A stretch of DNA of 32,709 bases from Gammaproteobacteria bacterium. GTDB taxonomy: Bacteria > Pseudomonadota > Gammaproteobacteria > SURF-13. The DNA lies in NCBI GenBank assembly GCA_039915825.1, contig JBDSMM010000070.1, forward strand, positions 1 to 32,709, written 5' to 3'. The first letter of the stretch is position 1, and the number at the start of each line of letters is the position of its first letter. The position numbers were made by a program, and so were the translations under genes. The notes below the pieces were generated by a model. The model saw only the letters and a program-made list of their open reading frames with translations, had not been told where the DNA came from and did not search any database. Positions 1 to 10,631 of the stretch are shown one piece after another.

Positions 1-616
1 AGAGTAAAAAATTACTGATGCGCTGCTCGCCACCGGTGCGGATAAACAGATCAGGCTCGGGCACATCGTGCAATGAGAGACAAGCCGCGAGGGAATCAGC
101 ATTGACCTGGGAGGCGCGCAGCACCCCGGCCTCGATCTGCTCGGCCAATTGGCGCGCCGCCTGGGCGATATCCCACCGTCCGCCGTAGTTGGCGGCAATT
201 ATCAATTGCAGACCGGTATTTTGCGCGGTTAATGCCTCCGCCTCGGCCATTTGCTGCTGCAGTTGGGGATTGAATGCCTCACGCGTGCCGACTATGCGCA
301 GGCGCACATTGTGCCGGTGCAGGTCTGCAACCTGGTTTTGCAGGGCTGACATAAACAAATCCATCAACAGTCCGACCTCACCCTGCGGGCGACGCCAGTT
401 TTCACTACTGAAGGCAAACAGGGTAAGGGCCTGTATGCCCTTTTCCCCGCAGGTCTGAATGATCTGGCGGGCCGCCTCTACGCCGGCCTTGTGACCGGCA
501 ATACGCGGCAGGTTACGTTGCTTTGCCCAGCGGCCGTTACCGTCCATCACCACAGCGATGTGTTTGGGGAGCGCGACTGACCCGCCGCTGCTCTGAGAAA
601 AAGACTGCGGTTTCAT
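1..616 (-). CDS. uppS: Undecaprenyl diphosphate synthase UppS; N-terminal ~205 aa, 3' end cut by the window edge
   Basis: I translated the minus strand from the ATG at 616: MKPQSFSQSSGGSVALPKHIAVVMDGNGRWAKQRNLPRIAGHKAGVEAARQIIQTCG... The same frame at the window edge reads ...GEQRISNFLL. These are the family-typical MDGNGRWA and RISNFLLWQ-type motifs. The gene lies downstream of frr, as in the conserved cluster. It is absent from the ORF track because no stop falls inside the window. Confidence 0.9.
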   Translation of the reverse strand, partial: MKPQSFSQSSGGSVALPKHIAVVMDGNGRWAKQRNLPRIAGHKAGVEAARQIIQTCGEKGIQALTLFAFSSENWRRPQGEVGLLMDLFMSALQNQVADLHRHNVRLRIVGTREAFNPQLQQQMAEAEALTAQNTGLQLIIAANYGGRWDIAQAARQLAEQIEAGVLRASQVNADSLAACLSLHDVPEPDLFIRTGGEQRISNFLL

Positions 617-647
617 TTATGCATCAGGGGAAAGTATCTGCTCTTGT

Positions 648-1202
648 TCATACCTCCATCAACTCCCGCTCTTTGGCTTCCAGCAGCGCGTCGATCTCGG
701 CAATGTACTTGTCCGTCAATTTTTGAATTTCATCCTGGCTGCGCCGCTCATCGTCCTCGGAGATTTTTTTATCCTTGAGCAGAGTCTTGAGTTCATTATT
801 GGCATCGCGACGAATGTTACGCACGGCCACGCGCCCACCTTCGGCCTCGCTGCGCACGACCTTGATCATGTCGCGCCGACGTTCTTCCGTCAGCGCCGGC
901 AGGGGCACACGAATTACCGTGCCGGAAGTGGCGGGATTCAGGCCTAGATCAGAGGTAAGAATGGCCTTTTCGATAACCGGCACCATGGCCTTTTCCCATG
1001 GCGTGACGGTGAGCATACGCGCGTCCGCCACGGTAACCGTGGCCACCTGGCTCAGCGGCACTGCATTGCCGTAGTAGGCTACCGTAATATGATCAAGCAG
1101 GCTGGTGTGCGCACGCCCGGTGCGCAGCTTGATGAGTTCCTGCTGGAGCGCGTCGATACTCTTCTGCATGCGCTGTGTGGCATTTGTTTTAATATCATTC
1201 AT
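648..1202 (-). CDS. frr: Ribosome recycling factor
   Basis: 184-aa ORF with a typical RRF sequence ([47 protein letters not shown]) and the usual pyrH-frr-uppS order. Confidence 0.96.
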   Translation of the reverse strand: MNDIKTNATQRMQKSIDALQQELIKLRTGRAHTSLLDHITVAYYGNAVPLSQVATVTVADARMLTVTPWEKAMVPVIEKAILTSDLGLNPATSGTVIRVPLPALTEERRRDMIKVVRSEAEGGRVAVRNIRRDANNELKTLLKDKKISEDDERRSQDEIQKLTDKYIAEIDALLEAKERELMEV

Positions 1203-1228
1203 GCCGGGATTCTCCTCGACCAGTATTG

Positions 1229-1969
1229 TTAACCTGTTACCAACGTCCCTTCGTCCTCACCCAGCACAATGCGCATCAACGCGCCAGGCTTGTTCATATT
1301 AAAGATGCGCAGCGGCATATTGTGATCACGGCACAAAACGATCGCGGCCGTATCCATCACCATCAGCTTGCGTTCGAGCACCTCATCATAGGTCAGACGC
1401 GGGTAGTAACAGGCATTGGCATCTTTGACCGGATCTGCCGAATAGATACCGTCAACTTTAGTGGCCTTGAGCACCAGTTGCGCGCCAAGTTCGATGCCCC
1501 GCAGGCTGGCGGCTGAGTCCGTGGTGAAAAACGGGTTTCCGGTACCGGAGGCGAGGATGACAACGCGGCCCTTTTCCAGGTGCCGCATAGCGCGGCGACG
1601 TATGTAATCCTCACAGATCTGATTGATTTTAAGGGCGGACATTACGCGCACCAACAGGCCCAGCCGCTCCAGCGCATCTTGCATCGCCAAGGCGTTCATG
1701 ACCGTGGCCAGCATGCCCATTTGATCGGCGGTGACCCGGTCAATGCCGCCGGCGGCCAAGCCTGCGCCGCGGAAGATATTGCCGCCGCCGATGACCAGCG
1801 CTACCTGCACACCCCTATTGACGAGATCATAAATCTCCGCAGCCACACGGTGAATAACCGCGGGGTCAATGCCGTAGTCGGATTGGCCCATCAGGGCCTC
1901 GCCGCTCAGCTTGAGTAAGATGCGGTTGTACACTGGTCCCGGGTTAGGGTTGTTGGCGACGGGCGGCAC
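1229..1969 (-). CDS. pyrH: UMP kinase
   Basis: 246-aa ORF with [23 protein letters not shown] and [17 protein letters not shown] motifs. Located between tsf and frr. Confidence 0.96.
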   Translation of the reverse strand: MPPVANNPNPGPVYNRILLKLSGEALMGQSDYGIDPAVIHRVAAEIYDLVNRGVQVALVIGGGNIFRGAGLAAGGIDRVTADQMGMLATVMNALAMQDALERLGLLVRVMSALKINQICEDYIRRRAMRHLEKGRVVILASGTGNPFFTTDSAASLRGIELGAQLVLKATKVDGIYSADPVKDANACYYPRLTYDEVLERKLMVMDTAAIVLCRDHNMPLRIFNMNKPGALMRIVLGEDEGTLVTG

Positions 1970-1972
1970 GGC

Positions 1973-2851
1973 TCAGTTACCTCTTACCTGCGCCATCACC
2001 TCGTCAGCAAAATTTTCCGACTTCTTCTCGATCCCCTCGCCCACCTCAAAACGCTGGAAGCGAATCACCCTGGCGCCCGCTTCCTTAAGCCGCTGCTCCA
2101 CGGTAATGTCGGTATTCTTCACGAACGGCTGTCCCAGCAGGGTGACCTCCGCGAGGAATTTATTGATGCGCCCCTCCACCATCTTCTCAATGATGGCCGC
2201 AGGCTTGCCACTCTCCGCTGCCTGAGCCGCGAAGATTTGTTTTTCCTTGGCGATCAGATCCGCTGCAATATCGTTGCTGGAGACGCTCACTGGCCGGCTG
2301 GCCGCCACGTGCATGGCAATGTCCTTTGCCAAGGCCATATCGCCGCCCTGCATCTCGACGAGCACGCCAATGCGCCCACCGTGCAGATAACTGCCAACCA
2401 CGCTGGCCTCGCAATGCACGAAGCGGCGCACGTTCATATTTTCCCCCAGCTTGGCCACTAAGGTCTGACGCGCGGTGTTGATGGTTTCAGCTCCATCCTT
2501 CAGCGGCAGCGCCATCAAGGCAGCGACATCGGCAGGACGATTGTTGAGTACACGTTGCACTACTGCCGTAGCGAAGCCCTGAAAATCCTCTCCTTTGGAG
2601 ACGAAATCGGTTTCACAGTTGACCTCGGCCATTGCGGCCTGCTTGCCGTCCGTGCTTGACTGAATAACAATGACGCCTTCGGCGGCAATGCGCCCGGCCT
2701 TCTTATCGGCCTTGGCCAAGCCCGATGTACGCATAGCCTCGATGGCAGCTTCAATATCACCTTGAGTTTCAACCAGGGCCTTCTTGCATTCCATCATGCC
2801 CGACCCGGTACGCTCACGCAGTTCTTTTACCAGCGCCGCTGTAATTTCCAT
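1973..2851 (-). CDS. tsf: Translation elongation factor Ts
   Basis: 292-aa ORF starting [26 protein letters not shown] (UBA-like EF-Ts N-terminus). Directly downstream of rpsB. Confidence 0.96.
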   Translation of the reverse strand: MEITAALVKELRERTGSGMMECKKALVETQGDIEAAIEAMRTSGLAKADKKAGRIAAEGVIVIQSSTDGKQAAMAEVNCETDFVSKGEDFQGFATAVVQRVLNNRPADVAALMALPLKDGAETINTARQTLVAKLGENMNVRRFVHCEASVVGSYLHGGRIGVLVEMQGGDMALAKDIAMHVAASRPVSVSSNDIAADLIAKEKQIFAAQAAESGKPAAIIEKMVEGRINKFLAEVTLLGQPFVKNTDITVEQRLKEAGARVIRFQRFEVGEGIEKKSENFADEVMAQVRGN

Positions 2852-2875
2852 AAATCCTTCCTCATTAAAACTTGC

Positions 2876-2908
2876 AATGCGGACCTGATCGCTGATCAGG
2901 TCCGCATT
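2876..2908 (-). terminator. Perfect 15-bp inverted repeat in the rpsB-tsf intercistronic spacer; candidate attenuator or processing hairpin
   Basis: aatgcggacctgatc-gct-gatcaggtccgcatt read directly. On the minus-strand transcript it is followed by gcaaguuuu. E. coli has a comparable attenuator between rpsB and tsf. Confidence 0.5.
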
Positions 2909-2974
2909 GGGTCAATTCCACACGATACAGCCTGCCCTGAACAGTAAGCCGGAAACAGGCAAGCCAGGACTTGA

Positions 2975-3922
2975 TTATTCCGTCGGGCTAGACTCCGTTG
3001 CAGGTTCCGGCGCGGCTTCCGCTACCGGTGTCGTTTCAGCCTGAGTAGCAGCAGCCTCTACCCCGGACTTGGCCACTGTTCTCTTCTTGGTGGTCACGGC
3101 TGCCTCTTTACCGGCGGCAGGCTTTCTGCCAGTACCTTTCGCGGCTGGCTTGGCTGATTTTCTGGCGGGCTTTTCAGGGGCCAACGCACCACCCTCACCC
3201 ATTTCAATGAAATCATCTACTGACCCAACCAACTGAGGCACAGAACCACGACCCTCGATGACGGCATCGGCAGCACCCTTGGCATATAGCTGAATGGCGC
3301 GAATGGCGTCGTCGTTGCCGGGGATCATGTAATCCACGCCGTCGGCCTTGTTATTGGTATCTACCACGCCAACAACGGGAATGCCCAGCTTGCCGGCCTC
3401 GCTGATGGAAATCTTTTCGTAGCCGACATCAATAACGAACAAGGCATCGGGCAGACCGGCCATATCCTTAATACCACCGAGGCTGCGCTCGAGTTTTTCG
3501 AGTTCGCGCATCAGCATGAGCCCTTCTTTTTTATTCAGGCGCTCCAAGCTGCCATCCTGAGACATGACTTCAAGTTCTTTCAGGCGCTTGATCGACTGTC
3601 TGACGGTCTTGAAATTGGTGAGCATGCCACCCAGCCAACGATGATTGACGTAGGGCATGCCGCAGCGCTTCGCCTCTTCGGCGATGACTTCCTGAGCCGA
3701 GCGTTTGGTAGCCACAAACAGGATGGTGCCTTTATTGGCTGCCAGGCTGCCGATAAAGTTCATGGCGTCGTTGTAGAGGGGGAGCGACTTTTCGAGATTA
3801 ATGATGTGAATCTTGCTGCGTTGCCCGAAGATGTAAGGTGCCATCTTGGGATTCCAGTACCGGGTCTGGTGGCCGAAGTGCACACCAGCCTCCAGCATTT
3901 CACGCATGGAAACGTTTGCCAT
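2975..3922 (-). CDS. rpsB: 30S ribosomal protein S2 (315 aa) with a ~70-aa Ala/Pro/Lys/Glu-rich C-terminal tail
   Basis: The track ORF is 2975..4003. I place the start at the ATG at 3922 ([27 protein letters not shown], the canonical S2 N-terminus). It is preceded by a ggag Shine-Dalgarno in ctaactttggagtataca. Confidence 0.95.
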   Translation of the reverse strand: MANVSMREMLEAGVHFGHQTRYWNPKMAPYIFGQRSKIHIINLEKSLPLYNDAMNFIGSLAANKGTILFVATKRSAQEVIAEEAKRCGMPYVNHRWLGGMLTNFKTVRQSIKRLKELEVMSQDGSLERLNKKEGLMLMRELEKLERSLGGIKDMAGLPDALFVIDVGYEKISISEAGKLGIPVVGVVDTNNKADGVDYMIPGNDDAIRAIQLYAKGAADAVIEGRGSVPQLVGSVDDFIEMGEGGALAPEKPARKSAKPAAKGTGRKPAAGKEAAVTTKKRTVAKSGVEAAATQAETTPVAEAAPEPATESSPTE

Positions 3923-4162
3923 TGTATACTCCAAAGTTAGGGTTGATTCCTCCATACGCCCCTGGTATCGACCTACGTAGGCTGTTGGCCACGGCGCAAG
4001 CACCCCGATACAGTTGACGGCGTATGTGTGTATTTACCTGGCTCGCTGTATGCTAACGCGTTTCAGGTGTGCGCTTTATACCATAAACAAGCTGCTCGCG
4101 ACAATCCGGCGGGTGGTCTAATCCAATGGCAAGAACCTTAGTACTCACGGGTCGCAGAGCTG
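3923..4162. promoter_or_regulatory. Divergent rpsB / map intergenic region holding both promoters and the rpsB 5' leader
   Basis: A 240-nt non-coding spacer lies between divergent genes. An S2-autoregulated rpsB leader is known in gammaproteobacteria. I could not place -10/-35 boxes or the leader structure confidently by eye. Confidence 0.3.
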
Positions 4163-4930
4163 ATGAGCGTAACCATTAAAACCGCCGCCGAGACAAACAA
4201 AATGCGCGTTGCCGGGCAACTGGCCGCCGAAGTTTTGCATATGATTCGCCCGCACGTGCAGCCGGGCGTTACTACGGATGAGCTTGACCGCCTGTGCCAC
4301 GATTACATCGTAAACGTACAACAGGCGATTCCCGCGCCGCTCAATTATCACGGCTTCCCGAAATCCATTTGCACCTCGGTCAATCATCAGGTGTGTCACG
4401 GTATTCCTAGCGACCGTGTATTAAGGGAAGGCGATATCGTCAATATCGACATCACCGTCATTAAGGATGAATTTCACGGCGACACCAGCAAGATGTTTTT
4501 CGTCGGTGAACCTTCGGTGATCGCGAAGCGGGTAACGCGCATCAGTTATGAATGTCTGCGCATCGGTCTCGATAGAGTCAAACCCGGCGCACGCCTAGGC
4601 GATATCGGCCATGCGATCCAGCAACACGCTGAAGCTAACAATTGCTCGGTGGTGCGCGAATATTGCGGACACGGCATCGGGCGCATCTTCCACGAAGACC
4701 CGCAGGTGCTGCATTACGGCACGCCTGGCACGGGGCTTGCCTTGGAGCCAGGGATGATTTTTACTATCGAGCCGATGATCAATGCCGGCAAGCGCCACGT
4801 CAAACTGCTACCTGACCAGTGGACGGTAGTGACCAAGGATCACAGCCTGTCCGCGCAGTGGGAGCACACCGTGCTGGTCACCGATACCGGCCATGAGGTG
4901 TTGACCCAGCGGCCCGGCGATGATATTTAA
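4163..4930 (+). CDS. map: Type I methionine aminopeptidase
   Basis: 255-aa ORF with metal-ligand context (DIVNIDITV, HGDTS, GHGIG, FTIEPM, QWEHTVLVT). Confidence 0.96.
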   Translation: MSVTIKTAAETNKMRVAGQLAAEVLHMIRPHVQPGVTTDELDRLCHDYIVNVQQAIPAPLNYHGFPKSICTSVNHQVCHGIPSDRVLREGDIVNIDITVIKDEFHGDTSKMFFVGEPSVIAKRVTRISYECLRIGLDRVKPGARLGDIGHAIQQHAEANNCSVVREYCGHGIGRIFHEDPQVLHYGTPGTGLALEPGMIFTIEPMINAGKRHVKLLPDQWTVVTKDHSLSAQWEHTVLVTDTGHEVLTQRPGDDI

Positions 4931-4948
4931 CGCTGCCTCCCCGTAACC

Positions 4949-7693
4949 ATGCCGCCGATATCCCCACCATCCCCCCCCGCAAGCCTTGAGTTGCCGCTGT
5001 TCGATAGTAAAGAATCCCGTCTGGGTATGGATACGGTTACCGATGCCCACACACTCAAGGCCTACCGCACCTTTTTACAAGCTGCCAACCAGGCCCTGCG
5101 CCAGCACTTCCAGGACAATGCTCCCATCACTGATCTCGTGCACGGCCGCGCCAGGCTGATCGACGATCTGCTGGCACATGCCTGGACGGATATCTGGCCA
5201 GCCACATTGTCGGCTGAAATTGCGCTGGTTGCAGTCGGCGGTTACGGACGCGGCGAGCTACATCCTGCCTCTGATATCGATTTGCTGATCCTGCTGGCCG
5301 ACGCGCCTGCGGGTATGGCCGATCAACCTGCCGCCGTTCAACAGCATATCGAACAGTTTGTTACCTTTTTGTGGGACATCGGCCTGGAGGTCGGGCACAG
5401 CGTACGCACGGTTCATGAATGCGTGCATGAGGCCGGACAAGATATCACCATTGCCACCAATTTGATGGAGGCGCGCCTGCTGGCGGGGCCTGTCGAGTTG
5501 TTGCAAGCCATGCGCGCCAGCGTTGGGCCGGAGCAGGTGTGGCCTACGCGGCAGTTTTTCGAGGCCAAGTGCCAGGAGCAATCGCAGCGTCATCATAAAT
5601 ATAACGATACGGCCTATAACCTCGAGCCCAACGTCAAGGAAGGGCCCGGTGGGCTACGCGACATCCAGATGATCGGCTGGGTTGCCAAACGCCACTTCGG
5701 TGCGAATACGCTGCATGATTTGGTGGCGCACCATTTTCTGACCGAGCAGGAATACGACACACTCATCGCCGGACAAGATTTCCTCTGGCAAATCCGTTTT
5801 GCGTTGCATATTTTAACCAACCGCCGTGAAGATCGGCTGCTGTTCGACCATCAGCGCGTGCTGGCGGAGCAATTCGGCTATCGGGATGACGGTCGACGGA
5901 TGGCGGTGGAACAGTTCATGAAACGCTACTACCGAACCATCGGGGAACTTAGCCGCCTCAACGAGATGCTGCTGCAACACTTCCAGGAGGCCATTCTCTA
6001 TGCTGACCAGTCACACGTAATCAGTTCCCTCAACAAGCGTTTTCAGGCACGCGGCAAGTTTATCGAGGCTACGCACGATAATGTGTTCACACGCTACCCA
6101 TTCGCCCTGCTGGAAATCTTTTTGCTGCTCGCCGAACACCCTGAACTTAGCGGTGTACGTGCCTCCACGATACGACTGATCCGTGATCATCGTTATTTGA
6201 TCGACGATAATTTTCGCGCCGACCTGCGCTGCCGCAGTTTATTCATGGCACTGCTACGACAGCCTAACGGTATTACGCACGAATTGCGGCGCATGAACAA
6301 TTACGGCGTGCTAGGGGCTTATCTGCCGGTGTTCGGCAAGATTGTCGGGCAGCTGCAACACGACCTGTTCCACGTCTATACCGTGGATGAACACACGCTG
6401 TTTCTAGTGCGCAATCTGCGCCGCTTTGCGCTGCCCGAATTTGCCGATGAATTTCCATTGTGCAGCGAGGTCTTTCAGCGTTTGCCCAAGGCGGAGATTT
6501 TGTATCTGGCGGGTTTATTTCACGACATTGCCAAGGGGCGCGGCGGCGATCACTCTGAGCTCGGCGCTGCGGATGCGCTTAATTTCTGCTTGCATCACGG
6601 CCTGAGTCAGCACGATGCACAGCTGGTCAGTTGGCTGGTAAAAAATCATTTAATCATGTCCTCCACGGCCCAGCGCCAGGACATCAGCGACCAAGACGTC
6701 ATCATCGCCTTTGCCACCTTGGTGCACGATCAAATTCATCTGAATTATCTGTACCTGCTTACTGTGGCCGACATCCGCGCAACCAACACCACACTATGGA
6801 ATAGCTGGAAGGCCTCGCTACTGGCCGACCTGTATTTATCTACCCTGCGGACCTTGCGACGCGGCCTGGAAAATCCACTGGCCCAAGCCGAGCGTATCCG
6901 CGAGAATCAGGCAGGGGCACAGCAATTATTGCAACAGCATTCACTGGATCAAACCGCATTAGCGAATCTCTGGCGCGAGTTGGGCGAGGATTATTTTTTG
7001 CGCTATGGCGCAGATGAAATCGCCTGGCATACCCAAGCCATTCTTGCGGCCACGCCCGAGGAGTTACCGCTGATTCTGATTCGCCAAAGCATTCTACATG
7101 GCGGCACGGAAGTCTTTATTTGTACGCAGGATAAAGGTTATTTGTTCGCCATCACCACCTCAACCTTGGCGCAGATGGGCCTCACGGTTCTTGACGCGCG
7201 CATTATAACGGCCAATAGCGGCTACACGCTCAACACTTATATTATTCTTGAAGATTCAGACCAACCTATCGACAATGCCTATCGCATCGGAGAGATTTCA
7301 GCAACGCTTAAACGGCAGCTTGGCGGACCGCAGGCACCAGCTGTACACCTGGCAATTTCCGGTGCAGGCAATCCGGCACACGTATCGCGTCGCACGCGCC
7401 GCCAGATCCAACATTTTCCCATTGCCACCCAAGTCAACTTCACGGTGGATGAGCGTAACCAGCGCACCATCCTGGAGGTCATCAGTAATGACCGGCCAGG
7501 CCTGTTGTCGGCGGTAGGGCAGGCGTTCATCGACTGCGGTGTACATCTGCAAAATGCCAAGATCGCGACCTTGGGTGCGCGCGCCGAGGATATTTTCCTC
7601 ATTACTGATGTGAATCACCGGCCAATCACTAATAAAACAGATCAACAGCGGCTCCGCGAAAGTATAATTAATTATTTAGAGAGTCAGCCGTAA
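4949..7693 (+). CDS. glnD: Bifunctional [protein-PII] uridylyltransferase/uridylyl-removing enzyme
   Basis: 914-aa ORF. It has a nucleotidyltransferase region (GGYGRGELHPASDIDLLIL), an HD domain (LFHDIAKGRGGDHSELG) and two C-terminal ACT-like regions. The map-glnD arrangement is conserved. An alternative start is the ATG at 5027 (MDTVTD...). Confidence 0.93.
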   Translation: MPPISPPSPPASLELPLFDSKESRLGMDTVTDAHTLKAYRTFLQAANQALRQHFQDNAPITDLVHGRARLIDDLLAHAWTDIWPATLSAEIALVAVGGYGRGELHPASDIDLLILLADAPAGMADQPAAVQQHIEQFVTFLWDIGLEVGHSVRTVHECVHEAGQDITIATNLMEARLLAGPVELLQAMRASVGPEQVWPTRQFFEAKCQEQSQRHHKYNDTAYNLEPNVKEGPGGLRDIQMIGWVAKRHFGANTLHDLVAHHFLTEQEYDTLIAGQDFLWQIRFALHILTNRREDRLLFDHQRVLAEQFGYRDDGRRMAVEQFMKRYYRTIGELSRLNEMLLQHFQEAILYADQSHVISSLNKRFQARGKFIEATHDNVFTRYPFALLEIFLLLAEHPELSGVRASTIRLIRDHRYLIDDNFRADLRCRSLFMALLRQPNGITHELRRMNNYGVLGAYLPVFGKIVGQLQHDLFHVYTVDEHTLFLVRNLRRFALPEFADEFPLCSEVFQRLPKAEILYLAGLFHDIAKGRGGDHSELGAADALNFCLHHGLSQHDAQLVSWLVKNHLIMSSTAQRQDISDQDVIIAFATLVHDQIHLNYLYLLTVADIRATNTTLWNSWKASLLADLYLSTLRTLRRGLENPLAQAERIRENQAGAQQLLQQHSLDQTALANLWRELGEDYFLRYGADEIAWHTQAILAATPEELPLILIRQSILHGGTEVFICTQDKGYLFAITTSTLAQMGLTVLDARIITANSGYTLNTYIILEDSDQPIDNAYRIGEISATLKRQLGGPQAPAVHLAISGAGNPAHVSRRTRRQIQHFPIATQVNFTVDERNQRTILEVISNDRPGLLSAVGQAFIDCGVHLQNAKIATLGARAEDIFLITDVNHRPITNKTDQQRLRESIINYLESQP

Positions 7694-7763
7694 TTATCAA
7701 CCATTTATCGGCACCTAGTTTCCGTTGATTGCGCTACAGATTCACCATAGGCATTATGACGTT

Positions 7764-10529
7764 ATGTTTGAATTGATTAATTATAATTATAACGCGTACG
7801 CCATCCCCATGGCTGTTACCACGGCGCTTGTTTTGTTTCTGGGATTATGGGTGCTGGTACGCGAGCGCAAATCACCGGACAGTATTTTATTCTTCCTGCT
7901 TTCCTTCGTTATCAGCATCTGGTTTTTTGCCTTTACCTGGATGTACTGCGCAACCAATGCGGCTACGGCACTCGCCTGGGCAAAGGCAGCCTATACCGGC
8001 ATTCCCTTAATCCCGGCGGCGATCTACCACTTTAGTGTTTCCGTGCTGCAGCTTTATCAACGTCGCAAGATTCTGGTATGGCTAAGCTGGGTTCTAGCTA
8101 TCTTGTTTTCGGTCCTGATTGTGGGAACCGACGCCTTGATCAGCCAGGTTTATCATTACTGGTGGGGTTTCTACCCCAGTTACGGAAAGCTGGGTGTTGC
8201 GTACCTGACCTTCTTCTTTGGCATGATTATTTTCGCGCTCGGTGATTACGTAGTCGAATATCGCAAGATCGAACCAGGCACCCAGAAGCTCAGGCTCAAG
8301 TGGTTTATGATTGCGTCCGGCATCCTGTTTCTCGGCTCGGTCGATTATCTCGCGAAATTTGGCATCCCTATCTATCCCTTCGGTTACCTACCGGTATTCG
8401 TGTCTTTATTGATTGCCGCGGCAACCATCAAGCGCTACCACCTTGCCGACTTGACTCCAGAATTCGCTGCGGGCGAGATTCTTGAAACCATGCAAGGTGC
8501 GGTACTCATGGTGGATCTGCACGGTAGCGTGCGCGGTGTCAACCGGGCCGCCTGCGCAACATTCGGGTATCAGGAATCCGAGTTCATCGGCCTGCCCTTG
8601 ACCACACTGGTCGAAGCTCCGTACGGAGTGGAGCTCGAACCCCGGCAGCTACTGAACGACGGACCGATTAAAGATATCAAGATGCCATGGCGCCTTAACC
8701 GTGGTGGGTATATTGATGTAAGTGTTTCCGCCTCGGTGATAACCGATCGCAACGGCTTCCCGGCAGGGGTCGTTTATGTGGTCACCGATATGATCGAATG
8801 CAAGCGCGCGGAAGCAGCCATCGCGCGCGAAGAGCGTTATGCACTGGTCATGCAGGGTGCGCGCGATGGCTGGTGGGACTGGAATCTCAAAACCAACGAA
8901 ATCTTTTTTTCTCCCCGCTGGAAGGCCATGCTCAGCTACGAGGAAAGTGATATTGGAACGCGCCCAGACGATTGGTTCCAACGCATTCATACCGAAGAAG
9001 TCGGGCGCGTCAAGGCGGAGATTGCCGCTCATCTTGAAGGCCGCACACCGCATTACGAAAGCGAGCACCGCATGCTGCATAAGGACGGCACCTATCGCTG
9101 GATTTTAAGCCGCGGTATCGCCATACGGGACAGCGAAGGCAAGCCGACTCGCTTCGCCGGCTCACAGACCGATGTTACCGAGCGCAAACTCACCGCAGAA
9201 CAGCTTTCATATCAAGCCTTGTACGACCCAATGACTAATCTGCCCAACCGCACATTGCTCATCGATGTTTTAAGACGTGCTATAGCGCGTAGCCGGCGTG
9301 ATCCGAATTATTCGTTCTGCGTGGTATTCATGGATCTTGACCGCTTTAAGGTAATCAATGACAGTCTGGGACACCTGGCAGGCGATCAGTTATTGATTAA
9401 TGTGGCTCGGCGCCTGGAGGCCTGCCTGCGGCCTACCGATACGGCAGCACGCTTTGGCGGAGATGAGTTCACGTTGCTACTGGAGGATATCCCGAATGTT
9501 GAGGGGGCGTTAAACCTTGTTAACCGCCTGCAGCAGCAAATTATGCAGCCGTTCAAATTGAGCGGGCAAGAGGTATCCACCACGGCAAGCATCGGCATTG
9601 CCATGAGTTCGGCTGCCTATGGTCTGCCCGAGGAAATGCTGCGCGATGCCAACACCGCAATGTACAGTGCCAAATCCTCAGGCAAAGCGAATTGCGAGGT
9701 ATTCAATGCCAGCATGCATACCAACGCGGCCGGCCGCTGGAATCTGGAGGCGGACTTACGTCGCGCGGTTGAGCGTGAAGAGTTCCTCATTCACTATCAG
9801 CCTATCGTGTCGGTTGTCACCGGCAAAATTATCGGCATCGAGGCCTTGGTGCGCTGGCTTCACCCGCAGCGCGGGCTTATGTATCCCAGCGAATTCATTA
9901 CACTTGCCGAGGAAACAGGCCTGATACGACCCATGGGTTATTGGCTATTGCGCAAGGCCAGCGCTCAAAACCGAATCTGGTATGAAGCCGGGTATACGCT
10001 GCGGATGGCAGTGAACGTTTCGGCAGGCCAATTCCAGGACCGTCAATTTCGTCAACACGTCGAAGATGTGTTGATAGAAACCGGCATGCCGGCGCAGTCC
10101 CTGGAGCTGGAAATTACCGAGTCCATTGCCATGGAGAATGTCGAATACGGCATGGCTACCCTTGATGCCTTGAATACCATGGGGGTGCACATTTCGATTG
10201 ACGATTTCGGCACCGGCCATTCGTCCTTGGCTTATCTTAAGCGCTTTACGATCAAAAACCTCAAGCTCGATCAATCATTTTTGAAGGATGTACGCAACGA
10301 CGGCGACGGCGATAACGGCGCCCTTGCCACGGCCATTATTACCATGGCGCACAGTCTGAAATTGAATGTGATCGCCGAGGGTGTGGAAACACCGGCGCAA
10401 GTGAAGTTTCTGCGCGCGCAAGGATGCGACGAGATGCAGGGTTATCTGATAAGCCGGCCGGTCACGGCCGAGGTATTCACGACGCTGTTGCGTGAAGGAC
10501 AATATCTTCCGCCACTAGCCACACCGTAA
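7764..10529 (+). CDS. Membrane sensor with N-terminal multi-TM (7TM-type) domain, 2 PAS, GGDEF and EAL (c-di-GMP turnover protein)
   Basis: The first ~230 aa are hydrophobic and multi-helical. PAS/PAC regions follow (WWDWNLKTNEIFFSPRWKAML). The GGDEF domain has RPTD-x5-GGDEF (RFGGDEFTLLL). The EAL domain has EALVRW, DDFGTGHSSLAYLKRF and QGYLISRP. The track ORF starts at the TTG at 7725; the ATG at 7764 (MFELINY) seems more likely. Confidence 0.9.
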   Translation: MFELINYNYNAYAIPMAVTTALVLFLGLWVLVRERKSPDSILFFLLSFVISIWFFAFTWMYCATNAATALAWAKAAYTGIPLIPAAIYHFSVSVLQLYQRRKILVWLSWVLAILFSVLIVGTDALISQVYHYWWGFYPSYGKLGVAYLTFFFGMIIFALGDYVVEYRKIEPGTQKLRLKWFMIASGILFLGSVDYLAKFGIPIYPFGYLPVFVSLLIAAATIKRYHLADLTPEFAAGEILETMQGAVLMVDLHGSVRGVNRAACATFGYQESEFIGLPLTTLVEAPYGVELEPRQLLNDGPIKDIKMPWRLNRGGYIDVSVSASVITDRNGFPAGVVYVVTDMIECKRAEAAIAREERYALVMQGARDGWWDWNLKTNEIFFSPRWKAMLSYEESDIGTRPDDWFQRIHTEEVGRVKAEIAAHLEGRTPHYESEHRMLHKDGTYRWILSRGIAIRDSEGKPTRFAGSQTDVTERKLTAEQLSYQALYDPMTNLPNRTLLIDVLRRAIARSRRDPNYSFCVVFMDLDRFKVINDSLGHLAGDQLLINVARRLEACLRPTDTAARFGGDEFTLLLEDIPNVEGALNLVNRLQQQIMQPFKLSGQEVSTTASIGIAMSSAAYGLPEEMLRDANTAMYSAKSSGKANCEVFNASMHTNAAGRWNLEADLRRAVEREEFLIHYQPIVSVVTGKIIGIEALVRWLHPQRGLMYPSEFITLAEETGLIRPMGYWLLRKASAQNRIWYEAGYTLRMAVNVSAGQFQDRQFRQHVEDVLIETGMPAQSLELEITESIAMENVEYGMATLDALNTMGVHISIDDFGTGHSSLAYLKRFTIKNLKLDQSFLKDVRNDGDGDNGALATAIITMAHSLKLNVIAEGVETPAQVKFLRAQGCDEMQGYLISRPVTAEVFTTLLREGQYLPPLATP

Positions 10530-10631
10530 AAACTGAAGAGTAACAACGACGGTGAAAATATACTAATCCCGGCAATAAACGATGGCTGTAGTATGCCTAA
10601 CAAATAAAATTAATCCCCTCTTTGCCCCTGA

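Noticed and set aside
3923-4003. N-terminal extensions suggested by the track for rpsB, and similarly for dapC (11538), dapE (13906), ybaB (16548), the EamA gene (11591) and the Sel1 protein (20546)
   Set aside because: In each case an internal ATG reproduces the canonical family N-terminus or a signal peptide, has a better Shine-Dalgarno, and removes overlaps with neighbouring genes.
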